Positions 1-12,573 of a DNA stretch of 64,000 nucleotides are shown piece by piece; within the stretch, counting starts at the first letter, position 1; each line of letters opens with the position of its first letter. The notes beneath the pieces are model-generated. The model was not told the origin of the DNA and did not search any database. It was given only the letters and a program-made list of their open reading frames with translations. The translations under genes and the position numbers were made by a program. Source of the DNA: Strigamia acuminata (Eukaryota); assembly GCA_949358305.1 (NCBI GenBank), contig OX442314.1, forward strand, positions 4,030,001 to 4,094,000, written 5' to 3'.

Positions 1-323
1 AGTTTTGAGAAATTGTAGACAGTTTTGAGAAATTGTAGACAGTTTTGAGAAATTGTAGACAGTTTTGAGAAATTGTAGACAGTTTTGAGAAATTGTAGAC
101 AGTTTTGAGAAATTGTAGACAGTTTTGAGAAATTGTAGACAGTTTTGAGAAATTGTAGACAGTTTTGAGAAATTGTAGACAGTTTTGAGAAATTGTAGAC
201 AGTTTTGAGAAATTGTAGACAGTTTTGAGAAATTGTAGACAGTTTTGAGAAATTGTAGACAGTTTTGAGAAATTGTAGACAGTTTTGAGAAATTGTAGAC
301 AGTTTTGAGAAATTGTAGACAGT
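1..323. repeat. 20-bp tandem minisatellite (agttttgagaaattgtagac)n, ~16 identical units, intronic
   Basis: Perfect head-to-tail units with no spacers; runs off the window start. Confidence 0.97.
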
Positions 324-437
324 TCGTTTTAAAAAATCTAATTTTTCTTTGGTTCGGGGCCCCAATTTGTTCAAGGGCTCGCACTGCAGCTTATGTGGGT
401 GTGGTCAAATTGTCATTTAGTTGATTAATCTTTCCAG

Positions 438-1236
438 CTTGTTCGATTAAATACCCCGAGAAGTTCTTGCAGACCAAATGATGAAGTTTTAAGATGTGAA
501 GAAAACTGCTATGAAAAGATACTCGAGCAACAACCTTTCAATTGCAGGTAACTTGTAATTCATCCACTAATTACTCTGAATCCCATATTGCAATTTACAA
601 ATCATACATTGTTTGAGTATATTCCTAACAAGCAAACGGAGCAAATTTATTGGTAACAGCAGGTGTATTCAGGTTTCCGTTTCTGTGATTATTGGTGTTT
701 ATAAACAGTAAAAACAGCAAAAACGCGTAGAGCACCATTCGTTTACTTGTTAGTTTAAAAATTAAACAGTTTAATCGTCTGAAGAAGAACTGTTTCAGAA
801 CTGTTTAATTTTTAAAAAAAAGGCTTGCCACAACTTTGAAAATGAATGATAATATTGTCATGGCACACTGTATATTTCCAATTAATATTGTTGTATTACT
901 AGACTTCCATCCATGGATAAGAGTAAATTTCCCCTTTGCCTATCTCAAGACACGGCTAAAACAACTTACGAGACATATTTGAAAACTCTGTTGAAGACAA
1001 ACCCCCGGGAAGACTGTTCCTGCAAAGCATCTTGTCAAGAAACCATCTACAATCCTTCAATTGTCAACAGCTTAGAGCACAACGTATCAGCCTTTGTTTT
1101 GTATATTTTTGAAAATAACATCAGAGAAATAATTGAAGAACAGCAAGATGTTACTATTGTAAAGTTATTGTGTCAGATTGGATCTATTATTGGTATTTTC
1201 ACTGGTTTCTCCTTATTTTCTCTTCTTCAATTTTGA
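438..1236 (+). CDS. DEG/ENaC (pickpocket/ASIC-like) sodium channel subunit, last two exons (438-547, 903-1236)
   Basis: GT-AG splicing gives LVRLNTPRSSC...CEENC...FNCRLPSM...CSCKASCQETIY...LLCQIGSIIGIFTGFSLFSLLQF, i.e. the Cys-rich ectodomain end and a TM2 GxS-type motif. Confidence 0.8.
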
Positions 1237-1774
1237 TTGCCTTTAATTCCATGGGTTTAAAATAATAAAATGTTGCTTACCTTATAACTGGATGCATTCA
1301 ATTTGTACTGTAAATGCACTAATAGAATGTGACGTGTCCTTTACAACGCAGGTCTAAATCAAACTAAATTGAACAAAACGACTACAATAAATGTCTAAAT
1401 TGATCAAAAACACAAAAAAATCATGGGGGAAATTTAAGTTTTAAGAAAAAAACACCTGCATTTTTTAAAGCATCAAGAGTTAGTGGTTAAGCCACTTCTG
1501 CAGTGTTTTACAGTGAAGTTTTACTCCCTTTATTGCACTCTTGCAGATCCTCTTTTATTATCATCCTTCTTACTGTGTGTGACCTCCTGAAAATTACGTA
1601 AACCAATCATCAGGGTGCTCACGTTGTTTCTCCCTATGCAAACAAAGCATTGTAGTTTCAAACGTAGATAGAATGTAACCATCTTTCAGCTGCTGCTTCA
1701 CATCTCAACATTTAACATTTCAAACCATTTTTTCTCAAAACTTTTCAGTAAGAAATAATTTTTTTAAGAACAGT

Positions 1775-2005
1775 TCTAGACTAATTAGATGGTTCTCTAC
1801 AACTTTGTCATTGACTTTTTTGCTCTAACCTGATTGATTTAGAAGTTAGCAATTGAATGACCTTGAAAATGACCTTGAAGGTCAAATTTGATGTCATCAT
1901 TGGATTGCTCTCACCCAACTTCCTATACGATCGCTTCATCAAAGTTGGCCTAGATGCAATTGCTCACAAAATATTTAGGGGGGTTAAGACTTTTGGGACA
2001 CCCTG
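1775..2005. mobile_element. Non-autonomous DNA transposon end (Tc1/mariner-like MITE)
   Basis: Near-identical segment at ~46535-46755; ends in ttttgggacaccctg|TA, which reads CAGGGTGTCCC on the other strand. The left end was not found. Confidence 0.5.
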
Positions 2006-2024
2006 TATATGTATACAGTATATA

Positions 2025-2138
2025 GGGGGTGACACCCAGCCGGGATTGAAAAAAAATGTTGATTTTAACTGTTTTCGGGGTGACACCCAGCCGGGATTGA
2101 AAAAAAATGTTGATTTTAACTCTATTCGGGGGTGACAC
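2025..2138. repeat. ~52-bp tandem repeat (2+ units, ggggtgacacccagccgggattgaaaaaaaatgttg...)
   Basis: Direct repeat visible in the DNA and in the repeated ORF peptides. Confidence 0.85.
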
Positions 2139-2876
2139 CATCGATTTCCACCCCGGGTGTCACCCATGCTAGCTACGTCACTGATTGTCAATTCTAAATG
2201 TTAACTTTTTATATGAGTAATTGCTCTCCTGATTGGTTATATTAAGGGGATACTGGAGTGTCTAAACTCCATCTTATTGGTTGTCATTTTATGACGCGTC
2301 TGCCTTCCGCAGCACCCCCTGTACAATTTGTTTAATAAATTGACTTATGTAAATTTCCACCATAAAACATGGCTGCTTTTTAACCAACAATCACTTTATC
2401 CAACTTTATCATCCAGCTTCAAGAAACACATTATCATACACTACCTTTTTGATCAATTTTAATAACAGGCCAGTGGTAATAACTTACACTACCTTTGTGA
2501 TTGTAATTCAACAAAATACATTCAAACGAAATATTCCTGTCCTGAAGAAATCGGAATGGAAATCAAATTCGCCATCTTGTGAATCAAGCTAAATAATAGT
2601 CACGCTACATTTGACTATTATTTCCGAATAGTGGTAATACACTGTTCAAGAATTAATTACTAATAACCCTAGACAAACAACAAGCCAAGAATAGAAGACT
2701 AGATTGTAATTTACACGTACAATTCAGCATTTCACCGTGTCCGCCATTTACAGACTCAAGACCCCATTTATTATTTAAAGTGTTAAATCATTAAACTTAA
2801 CCATTAAACTTAACCAAATGGTAGTTATTTCACTAACTTATTTTCCAGGTACACAAGTAAACTACGTTTATTTCCA

Positions 2877-3390
2877 TTACAGTCGGGTCACGACGTTCAA
2901 GGCCCCAGGTTCAGGGCCCCTGCTAAAAAATCTTGGAAGTTTTGCATTTATCCTAGATGCGAGAAAATTCACTTCAGGTCTACCAAATTCCTTGCATAAA
3001 CTATCAAACCAATTTTGAGACAAACTCCATTCTCCGTCAATGGATTTAAAATTCCTGGATAAAAAATCAGCATCCACATTCAATTTATTTAAGATATGCA
3101 CAACTGTCAAGATCAAACCATTTCTACAAGTTGCATCCCAAACTTTATTGCATACCTTTCTCATGAAACGATGGAAACCTACTTCCAGTATTTCGGAATA
3201 AAGAAACCACCACTTCACTATCTGACAAAATTTGCACACTGTTTGACTTAAATAAAGGCAAACATAATTCCCAAGCAAAAACAAGAGCCAAAACTTCCTT
3301 CTCATTTATGTGTAAATTGCTCTCCTCCTGTTTCCATTTTCCATTAAATTCATTATCTCCAAACTTACAAGTTAATCCCCCAACAAACAC
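2877..3390 (-). pseudogene. Degenerate DIRS-type (tyrosine-recombinase retrotransposon) RNase H / downstream MT-like fragment
   Basis: Two frames give LHINEKEVLAL...VQILSDSEVVV...HILNKLNVDADFLSR...WSL...FGRPEVNFLASRINAKLPRFFS, the pattern of DIRS pol C-termini; frameshifted. Confidence 0.7.
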
Positions 3391-3695
3391 AAATTCCCCA
3401 GGACTATCGGTGTTCTATCAGACTATCAGACTTAACTAACTTCTTTAGTGCAACTTCATATTTTCTATCATTTTAACTAGGGTTGAATACCAAAAACGCC
3501 GAATAACCGAATACCGAATATTTCAAACCGAACACCATGGCCGAATATTCGGTATTCGGTCGAATAACCGAATATTTAAAAAAATAATTGTTTGTTGAAA
3601 AAAAGCCATTTTTGGCTTAAAAAATTTACTTTTTATCTAATAAATGCAGTTTTTACGTTCTAAAATATTCTTTTTACCCAAAAATGTAATTTTTT

Positions 3696-3852
3696 TAAGT
3701 GTAAAATGAAGTGTATTTTAAGTGTATAATTAAGTGTAAAATGAAGTGTATTTTAAGTGTATAATTAAGTGTAAAATGAAGTGTATTTTAAGTGTATAAT
3801 TAAGTGTAAAATGAAGTGTATTTTAAGTGTATAATTAAGTGTAAAATGAAGT
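3696..3852. repeat. 35-bp tandem repeat (aagtgtaaaatgaagtgtattttaagtgtataatt)
   Basis: ~4.5 units; a shorter paralogous array lies at 49173-49260. Confidence 0.9.
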
Positions 3853-5477
3853 TGAAACACATGCTCAAGTTAAGTTCAATAAAAGCCTTTAAAAAGAAAT
3901 ATAAATCGAATTTATAAAAACAATTAAACATTGAAAGTCGGCATTGCAACAATACACGAATTCATTCTGTCAAATTTCAATCGGCTTCACTCACAATTTA
4001 TTCACATCTACACGTACGAATTTTCTACTTTTGCTTTCTTGCCAATCTTCCTCGCGGTCAGTGAAAATGACCACTTGTCTCCGCTAGTCCAATCGTTACC
4101 TGTCAAACGGAATTTAAATTGATTTAAATTGAATATGAAACAACGAATATATATAAAATAGCTTTCGTGCCTCGGCGGAGATTGCATCGGTCGAGTCACG
4201 ACGTTGGCAATGGCGTTGGCGATAGCGTGGGCATTGGCGATGATGTTGGTGAAAGCGTTGGCGATGGCGTTGATCACTGGGGGCTGCTCGTCGACTGGTT
4301 GAAACTCGATCAGTCCACGCTCGTTCAGCCTGGGCATGGCGGCCCGCGCGTACTCCTGCTGCTGCCTCTGCACGGCCGGGAACGGCGTCTTACTCGGGTC
4401 GTTCTTCAGCTCCATCGCCTGCACTTCCGGGTGCGTCGCTACGTACTCTTGCTTCGCCTTCTTGGCGCCCTCCCGGACCTCCAGCCGATGCAGTTCATCG
4501 TCGTTCGAGAATTGAGGACACCTGCGTTCACATTTATGTCGAAAATTGAATTTTTAGAAAAGTGAATTTTTTTGGCCTAAAAATGGATTTTTGGAAAAGT
4601 GAACTTTTGGGCCTAAAATTGGATTTTTGGAAAATTGAATTTTGACCTAAAATTCAATTTTTTGCAATTTTTTTTAGCCTCAAATTAAATTTTTTTTAGC
4701 TTAAAATTGAATTTGTTGGCCTTAAATAAGACATGCTTAATCAACTCGCCTCCCGTTCTCGAAATGCGCGTAGCTGACGATAGGTTCGCGACACACGTAG
4801 CAGAAGTGTTGGCCGCACGTGCACGTCATCTTGTTGCAGCCTTCCTCCTTGACGATGCGCCTCTTGCACCTCGGACACGCGCGCAGCAGCGCCTCCGTCA
4901 TCCGATCCTCGATGTACGTGCGGAACTGCACCTCGGACTTCTTCTCGAACTCGTCGCAGCGCAGCGGAAGGTGGTTGGTTTCTTTGCAAAGCCTTTATCC
5001 CCAAAGAGAAATTTTAATAAAATAATTTTTTTTTAAATATTTTCTATTTCTTCACCTGCACGTGACTTTGAAACACTCGGGGTTGAGGCACCGGAAGATC
5101 TTCACATTCGCGTCCGGCATGATGGCGCAGAACGAGCAGTGCGGACACGACTCGAGGTCCGCGATGTCCGCGCGCCGGATCTCCTCGTCCTGCATCTTGC
5201 GCATCACGTTGGACAACACGTTGGGCGCTAAAACCTTCCGGAGCGTCGTCAGCGAGAACTCGGCCTCGCAGTACGCGTCCAGGCACGGGAATTGGTATTT
5301 ATCCTGGCCGATGTGCACCTCGGCATGGCGCCGGATGCACGTTCCGCAGAACGAGTGGCCGACCGAGCACTGCAGCATGTCCTCTGTCAGCAGTTCGTCC
5401 TCGCAACAGCAATCGCACGTCATTAGTTCGTCATTTTGTTTCGCCGTTGCGATTTTCCTCGTCCGTTCCGTTTCCTT

Positions 5478-7029
5478 TGTGACGATTCTACTTTTGGCTG
5501 ATTTATTAGCCATTTTAAGAGATAAATCGGTCGGAACAAGACGTTGTTAAGACTAACAACAACCTAACCGAGATAAGCTACGAAATGTGCGCTAAATGAA
5601 TAAAACAACGAAATGATATAAACTTACGGTTTTACTTGCTTGTTTCTACGAATACAAATGGTTCGGGGTTCTGGATACGTGTAAGCGGCGGCTACACTGG
5701 TTGAGGATCCGGGCGATGCACGAAGGGTACGGCTGACTTTGCGGCATCGTCACAAATAACGCTACGGAGACGTATTTGGTCCGCAGCTCGAATATCTAAT
5801 AATACGAAGAGTCCTTCGTATGGAAAGGAATATTCTGTAGAATATTCCAGGTCAAATAAATACAAAGTGATTAGTGGAATACAACAAATGAATTGTTGTA
5901 TAAATATTAATGGGGCGGGGACAGTCACGACAGTCGACAGGACCGTCGCGGGAGTTGTTGAGGCTCCATCCGCCAGCATGCCTTACGACGACAAGATCTC
6001 GTGATCAGGCGCCGAGTATTTGTTTGTACGCTTTACATCGCTATCGGTGGTACCAACCACCGGGTAAACATTCCTATGGATTTACCAATTCCAGGATTAC
6101 CAATACCTGAGTAATTGTTTAACGAAATGTCTTCACGGACAATTCTCACGGGCTACCAACCCGGCGTAGTGTGCCTTTAAATATGCCATTCACCGACCAC
6201 TAAAGTACGGAAGGACCTATGATACGCAATTCGCCCTGGAATAGCATTTGTCCGTGTTTGTTTCGTGCTCGGGTGGGACCTCCCGCACACACGCTCTTGG
6301 CAGAGCGTCTGACCCTCGTCCGAGGAATCGCTCAGATAGATGCGACTATCACCGATCATATAGTTTGACATTTATTTAACGGGTTAGTCAATCCCGTGCA
6401 TGAGCATTATACTATGCCACCGTATGAAATCCTACTGTCCCTTAGAACAGCTGGCTAACACTACGGGGCCATTTCATGTTGTTAACATGTCTACAAGGTT
6501 AGCCTTCCCCGATGGGCCCTACAACAAGCAATAACGAGATAGTAAGTCTACATATCCATTGAGAGCTGAGGAGGCCTGATGTGTCGATAAGAAAGAGAGA
6601 AATCAAACGATAACCAACAATACATACAAACAATATTCAAATCAAGCCAGGGCCTGGTAGAAAACCAGAGCTTATATAGTTCCTGAGAACAATCAGATTG
6701 GCGACAGCCAATCAGGTGCCTGGATCGACGGATTCGTGGATCACTAGTCCGGACCTAATAGAGACCGGGGTTCGGACCTAATATGGAATTGGGTCCAGAA
6801 GGGTCCGATTGGTCCCCTTCAACAAGTAAATATAAAATATAATATTGATTCGGCAGAATCAATATTTAAGTAAATAATACTTTATCATGTTTAATAAATA
6901 ATTTATATTTATTCACGTCATTCCGACAATTAATTATAATTCTCGCAATTCATTCGAAAATGCGCGCTTTTAGTCAAATAGCGCCATCTGGCGGCAAATC
7001 GGAAATTATACGGTTTTATAACCGTCACA
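5478..7029 (-). repeat. 3' LTR of element A
   Basis: Direct repeat of 12574-14125; TATA-like ctatataag on - at ~6671-6680. Confidence 0.95.
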
Positions 7030-7997
7030 CATCCCCCGGTGGCAAACATAAGAGTTTACTAACTCTATATTTGTCATCGGAAAGATTACTTCTTAAGTTT
7101 AAGATGTTCACCCTGATTTTTATTGAATTATTTATAATCCAATACCTGCTCTATTAATTTTAGTCAAAATTAATCACACTAATTTCTTTCAGAAACTCAT
7201 AACACAATTGACTAATTGGCTTTCCTGTACAATACACCTCCTAGTTGCAAGGCAACGGGATGGATTCTTCGGAACATGTCATTCATATTCGTCATCCACT
7301 CGATTTCGATTGAAATCTTACTCTACCGATCTAATTCAAACATGAACATGTTTATTAGAGGATTTGTAACAACTCTTCGAATTTTGACTTAATAAAATCA
7401 AAACATAATTCTTTTGCTGCTTAATATCCCAAGCCTCGACCGAGACTTGAATTTTACTTTAACTGGGGACCTCTTACACAAATAACTAGACTATTGTCTA
7501 ATTACTACAAATATTTATTTGTAGTCGTGTAACCTAACTCGTATTTTATTTTCTTCTAGAAAACAATACCAATTTATTCTACGAGCGTAAAATATATTTG
7601 TTCCGAAATAAAACTTCTTTTATTTATCATCATTTCTAGAATCCTAGAATTTTGTATCCGATTTAAACTATCCCCCGGTGGTGTGATTTATTAATCACTA
7701 CACCGCTTAAAGTATTTATCTAAATACCACACAAGTTTTTATTAAAAACTTTTTATTCTATTGAATAAATTCAACTTTTATCAACCGAAGCTTTATTCAA
7801 AGTTCCGGTGATCGAGATTTATTTAAAACCTTTTGAGTTTGGTGGGATAATATTTTATCCCCCGGATCTAGCATTTTGCTTCAGACAAATTAGAAACGTT
7901 TGTTTCAAGTTTATCCACTTTTATTAAGAATTTCAGTTATGAAACTCGTAAGACTGTTTTGTAATTAATTACTAAATAGTCTTTTATAGGTTCATCT

Positions 7998-9179
7998 TTA
8001 GATTTCACCAAATAAAGCTTCATTGTTACGGATTACCTTATAAATTTTCTTTAAACAATGAGTTGGCACTCTTTGTTTGCGTAACAGATAGGTACTATCT
8101 CTAGTGAGATTGTCAAAAAATAGTGCAACCGCACTTTTGGAGGTTAAATAACCTTGTAAATTCCACATTCTATAGAATCGGTATATGAAGGAATACAGAC
8201 TCTCTGAGTCTCGTTGTTTTGTTAAAATCAACTGTACTGTTCTTTCTAAGTGTGTTGTTACAAATTGTTCGCGGAACAGGTATTCGAATATTTTCCAATT
8301 GAAAATTTTATGTTGATTTTCACAAAACCAATTCTGAGTAAAGTGTAACAAATAGCTTGGAACACATTCGTGAACCATTTTTTGTAGCGGCATATAATTA
8401 ATAGATGCCACCTTCCTGATAAATGCGAGGAGTAGCTCGCTCTCGTCGGCTTTCAGTGAATACTTTTGGAAAGTACTCTGCCCCTTTTGCAACAATGTAT
8501 ACACACTTTTCACCATGTTAATGTATTCATCTGAAGACAATCCAAAGTGAGGTGATCGCGAACGCGATCTAAAATTATTTTGCAAAACACTACGATCGCG
8601 CACATAATTAGCAATTCGTACGTTCTTGTTTGTTACATTAGTAACTACATCTTGAGTATCGTTCAAGGATGATTCGGGTGAAGGTAAATGTCTATGAGCC
8701 CAAACGGGATCAAGATTTGCTTTCTGTCGATACCGACTAATTGGTGTCGAAGGAGTCGAACCTAATCGTGGATCGTTAGATCCATAATTAGCGGAAGAAC
8801 GAGATCTAGATCTAGATCCTTTAAAAGGTAGTTTATTTAACATAACAAAATCCACCATTTCGACGATTGATCGGAATTGGTTTGGATTCAAACCATAATC
8901 AGTACAAAATAAAAGTCCTGTCGGACCTAAATGTGATCCATCCGATGGAAGATTTCCTTCCACAGGAGAATTTAGTTCAGTCTGTACCAAGTTAGGATCT
9001 ATAATTCTGATCGGTTCCGTTGTTTCATTCGAAACACTATTACCGACCACGTGGTTTACTATTTCCTCTACTAATCCAGTTTCGTTAGAAACTGGCACAA
9101 ATCCGGTTAAACTTATTCTACCGGTCAAACAAGTTCTTTCCTTACCGCGTGTGTTCATCGAGTGCTGGTTACTAGTCAT
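7998..9179 (-). CDS. gag: Gag-like protein of element A (N-terminal module + Ser/Arg linker + capsid, no zinc knuckle), ~393 aa
   Basis: FCTDYGLNPNQFRSIVE aligns with B YCRLYNLNRADFKTITE; MVHECVPSYL...NWKIFEYLFREQF...QRDSESLYSFIYRF aligns with B capsid MVKRGIPTYL...DWKTFEKMFLAEF...QGPEEPLYTFLLRF. Confidence 0.8.
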   Translation of the reverse strand: MTSNQHSMNTRGKERTCLTGRISLTGFVPVSNETGLVEEIVNHVVGNSVSNETTEPIRIIDPNLVQTELNSPVEGNLPSDGSHLGPTGLLFCTDYGLNPNQFRSIVEMVDFVMLNKLPFKGSRSRSRSSANYGSNDPRLGSTPSTPISRYRQKANLDPVWAHRHLPSPESSLNDTQDVVTNVTNKNVRIANYVRDRSVLQNNFRSRSRSPHFGLSSDEYINMVKSVYTLLQKGQSTFQKYSLKADESELLLAFIRKVASINYMPLQKMVHECVPSYLLHFTQNWFCENQHKIFNWKIFEYLFREQFVTTHLERTVQLILTKQRDSESLYSFIYRFYRMWNLQGYLTSKSAVALFFDNLTRDSTYLLRKQRVPTHCLKKIYKVIRNNEALFGEI

Positions 9180-12100
9180 AACTAAAATTGAAAAATAAAA
9201 TTTCCGAAGTCTGAGAGATAACGATGAAGTCGTAACGTTCAGGAAGGTTGCAAACGAAGCAGTGGTTACACTATTTCGAATGGAAGTATGGGTACTTCGA
9301 TACACCTCTCTGATTGGTTGATTGTCAAACGTCAGTCTCGCGAGACTCTAATCTCATCTGAGATTGGTAGAAATCACTATTTTCGTGGAACCTAAATCTT
9401 GTCAGATTTCAGGGTTATGACGTAGTCACCAAATAAAATGGATACTTTTCCAAGTATTTTAAAATATCACCAATTTTATTAATAAAAATGGTAACCTTTA
9501 CGGGATTTTTAAAGTATTAAAAACCACAATTTCACAAGTACGTTGAATCGATTGAATCGACGGCTTTGCTGAATTCCGTTCTTTATTTGAATTTATCAAA
9601 TAATAAATTTCAGTTTTAACTAAAACTTACTAACTTGATTTTTACAAAATCTAGTAATTTTTTTACTTTTTATCCCATAAAAGCACGTTGAATCATTTGA
9701 TTCGGTAGCTTTACGGCAAGTAACGAGGAATTTCGAACGCAATTCCGTGAAAAAAGTGAAGGAATGCACATTTTTTAATGTATTTGTCTCTGTTAAGGCG
9801 GTATACAAGGTTTCTTGTATCTCCTCCCCCTCCGTTTCTTCAGAATATTCTTTAGAATCTTCTGAAAAACTGGATTCGAACATTATTTAAATATTCTGAC
9901 ATTATTAGGCATAAATAATTATATGCTTTCTAGTTTATTCAAACTTTCAAACAAGATTAGGTATTTATACCTAACCGATCGTTTTGACGTTGTCTACGAA
10001 TTCTTTCGATGGACGTCATGTCGTTTTTCTACGTGTTCGATTGAAACTACGGTAAATCGATGAATTGGGGGCGGACACGAACGTATCAAAGTCAGCTTAA
10101 TCTTCATCCCCCGGTGGTAAAATTTTAAACTTTACCACGTGGTAAATTTAATATTTCACCGTAAAATCCATTTTTTCAAATGAAAAAAAATTGTAATGGA
10201 AAGTTCCTTATTTACGTTGTAAATATCCTGGAAATTTCATCCTTTATTTCGAGAATGAAGAATAAAGTTTTATTCCTTTTCTACACCAAAATCGTTCGAT
10301 TTTGCAATTCGCAAAATTTACTATTTTCTTTAGAAAATAAGAATTCAAAGAATGCAACGTTCTTTCTTGTAATGTTAATTACAAGATTAATGTAAACATG
10401 ATTAAAATTTGGATAAATTTCAACTGAAATTTTTCCAGTTAATCGTATCATTCGATTTATTTTAATAAACCGAAATAAATATTACTCTTATTTTTAGGTA
10501 AATCCAGATTTATTTAGTCAAATAAACCGAATTCACGATGATTGAATTGTTAGGCAACAATTCAGGAAAGTACGCCTGGAAACCTGGCGGCTTCTCGGTA
10601 AAACTCCGCGATTCTGTTGCTAGGCAACACAGCTGCGAAAATGGCTTCGCCGGAATTGAACATTTGAACGATCTTCAATTCCTTTTAAAATTCGGATTTC
10701 AACATTTTAAAATCAGGGTTTGATTGTACAATACAAATGTAAAGATAATCAGGTATGTGTCTATTTTGTAAATAAACCTTTAACACGAATAAACCTATTC
10801 TTTCAATTTTACCAACTTGTCTTGTTTTTATTTTTCAAAATAAATTTAGGTTAAAATATTAATAAGTTTTTTAACTTAATGTGAAATCCCAAACGGAATT
10901 TTGTGGTTTAGGTTATTTTATGTGAAAACAACCGATAAAACTGGAATTAGAATTCGAATTCCTTCGGGGTTGAATCTTCATTTAAGCCTGACCGCGTGTT
11001 TTATTGTAACTACGACGGCAAATTATCGTTGTCCAGACGGACAAAACAACGTCGAATTCGGATTGGATTCTCCAATTCCCGTGATAGGATTTTTAGGCCT
11101 TACCACATGGTAAAATAATTATTTTATGCCATCGTTCGAATTTTCTACCGAAAATACATTTATAAGTGAATACACTCATCGTTCTTTAGGATTTCAATCA
11201 CAAGAACAAAATTGGATAAATAAACTTCGTACGAAACTTACTTTAAATTCGAACTCGAATTCTTTTTTGGGAAATTAAACTTTCTCGTTTAAGCCTGTCC
11301 GCGCGTATGATCGTAACGGTGACGATTAGACGTTCCGTGAACGGACAAAACAACGATAAGTTCGGATTAGAATTCAAACATTCCGTGGTGAGATTTTTAG
11401 GCCTCGCCACGTGGTAAAATAATCATTTTACTTGACGTTCAATTTTCCGGTGGAAAATCTGGATAAAAGTGAATTATACTTTTCGTTCTTTACGCAAATG
11501 TTTGATTTTCCTGCAGAAAAACACAATGCAAGTGAATTACACTTATCATGAGATTTATTACTTCGAATAAACTGGATTCTCGACATTTTTTAAATCGTTT
11601 AGCAACAATTTGTGAAAGCACGTTAAATCGTTCAATTTGGGTAGCTTTCCCGTAAAACACCGTTGCTAGGCAATCGTAGCAGCAAAAGTCTTTGCTAAGT
11701 TCGAATGGGATTCTATTCGCGAAATTGGTTTTAAAGACTTAAAACCAAAAGGTGATTAACACATTTGTAAATTAGAATGTAAATCAGGTATGTAGAACAA
11801 TTTATCGAAATAAAATATCTTTTATTCCATTGAATCAACTTTTCCTTCGTTTTATTTAATCAAATAAAATTAGGCCTTGAAATATAAAAACATTCTTTAT
11901 TTGAAATCTCAAACAGAATTAAACTTGGTTGTTTTAATCAAAACAACCGGCGAATACTGGAATTCATTTTTGAATTTCCTTCGAGAAATGTTCGAACTTT
12001 ATGTATTAAGCCCAACCACGTGGTTTCTCGGATCGACGACGGCGAAACGACGTTACCCGGGCGGACGTAACAGCGACAAGTTCGGGCAAGATTTTCAAAC

Positions 12101-12573
12101 TTTCGTGGTAGGTTTTTTAGGCCTGACCACGCGGTAAAATTATCATTTTACACAAATATATAATTTTTTCTTCAGAAAAACAAATTAAAGGGAATACAAT
12201 CGTTGTTCTTGTGATTTTAATCACAAAACAACATTCAATACATTTAGTAAAGATATAAATTTCGTTCGAAACTTATTTTACAAGAAATTTTGTCGTAAGA
12301 CTAAATTATCCAAACTCCACTTTTCACGAGCACGATTTCCAAATTCATTCGAATAAGAATTGTAGTCTATCGTCGGTAGAACCGCTTGTGGCGGTCCTAA
12401 TGAAATTCCTAGAAAAGTTTCACGAGGAGAACTGTAAAACAAACATTAATTTTACCGTAAAAAATTTCATTTGAAATTTTAACACCGTAAGCACATTTCC
12501 TAAATTCTCATAAACACACACAACTCAAAATTCACTTGAATTTTTGCAGCCTTATCTCGGTAGAACCTCCACT

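Noticed and set aside
1..323. CRISPR-like array
   Set aside because: The units are contiguous and identical with no unique spacers; eukaryotic intronic minisatellite.
3478..3575. hAT-like terminus with CCGAATA subterminal repeats
   Set aside because: No convincing matching right end or TSD was found.
4167..5550. Long plus-strand and alternate-frame ORFs over the ligase exons (also near 37386, 39745, 41271, 50352, 54501, 60544)
   Set aside because: Shadow ORFs caused by GC-rich codon bias of the minus-strand gene; no independent motifs.
5692..6371. Small ORFs repeated in LTR pairs (also 15047, 15756, 24555-26209)
   Set aside because: They recur only because the LTRs are duplicated; short and with no recognisable domains.
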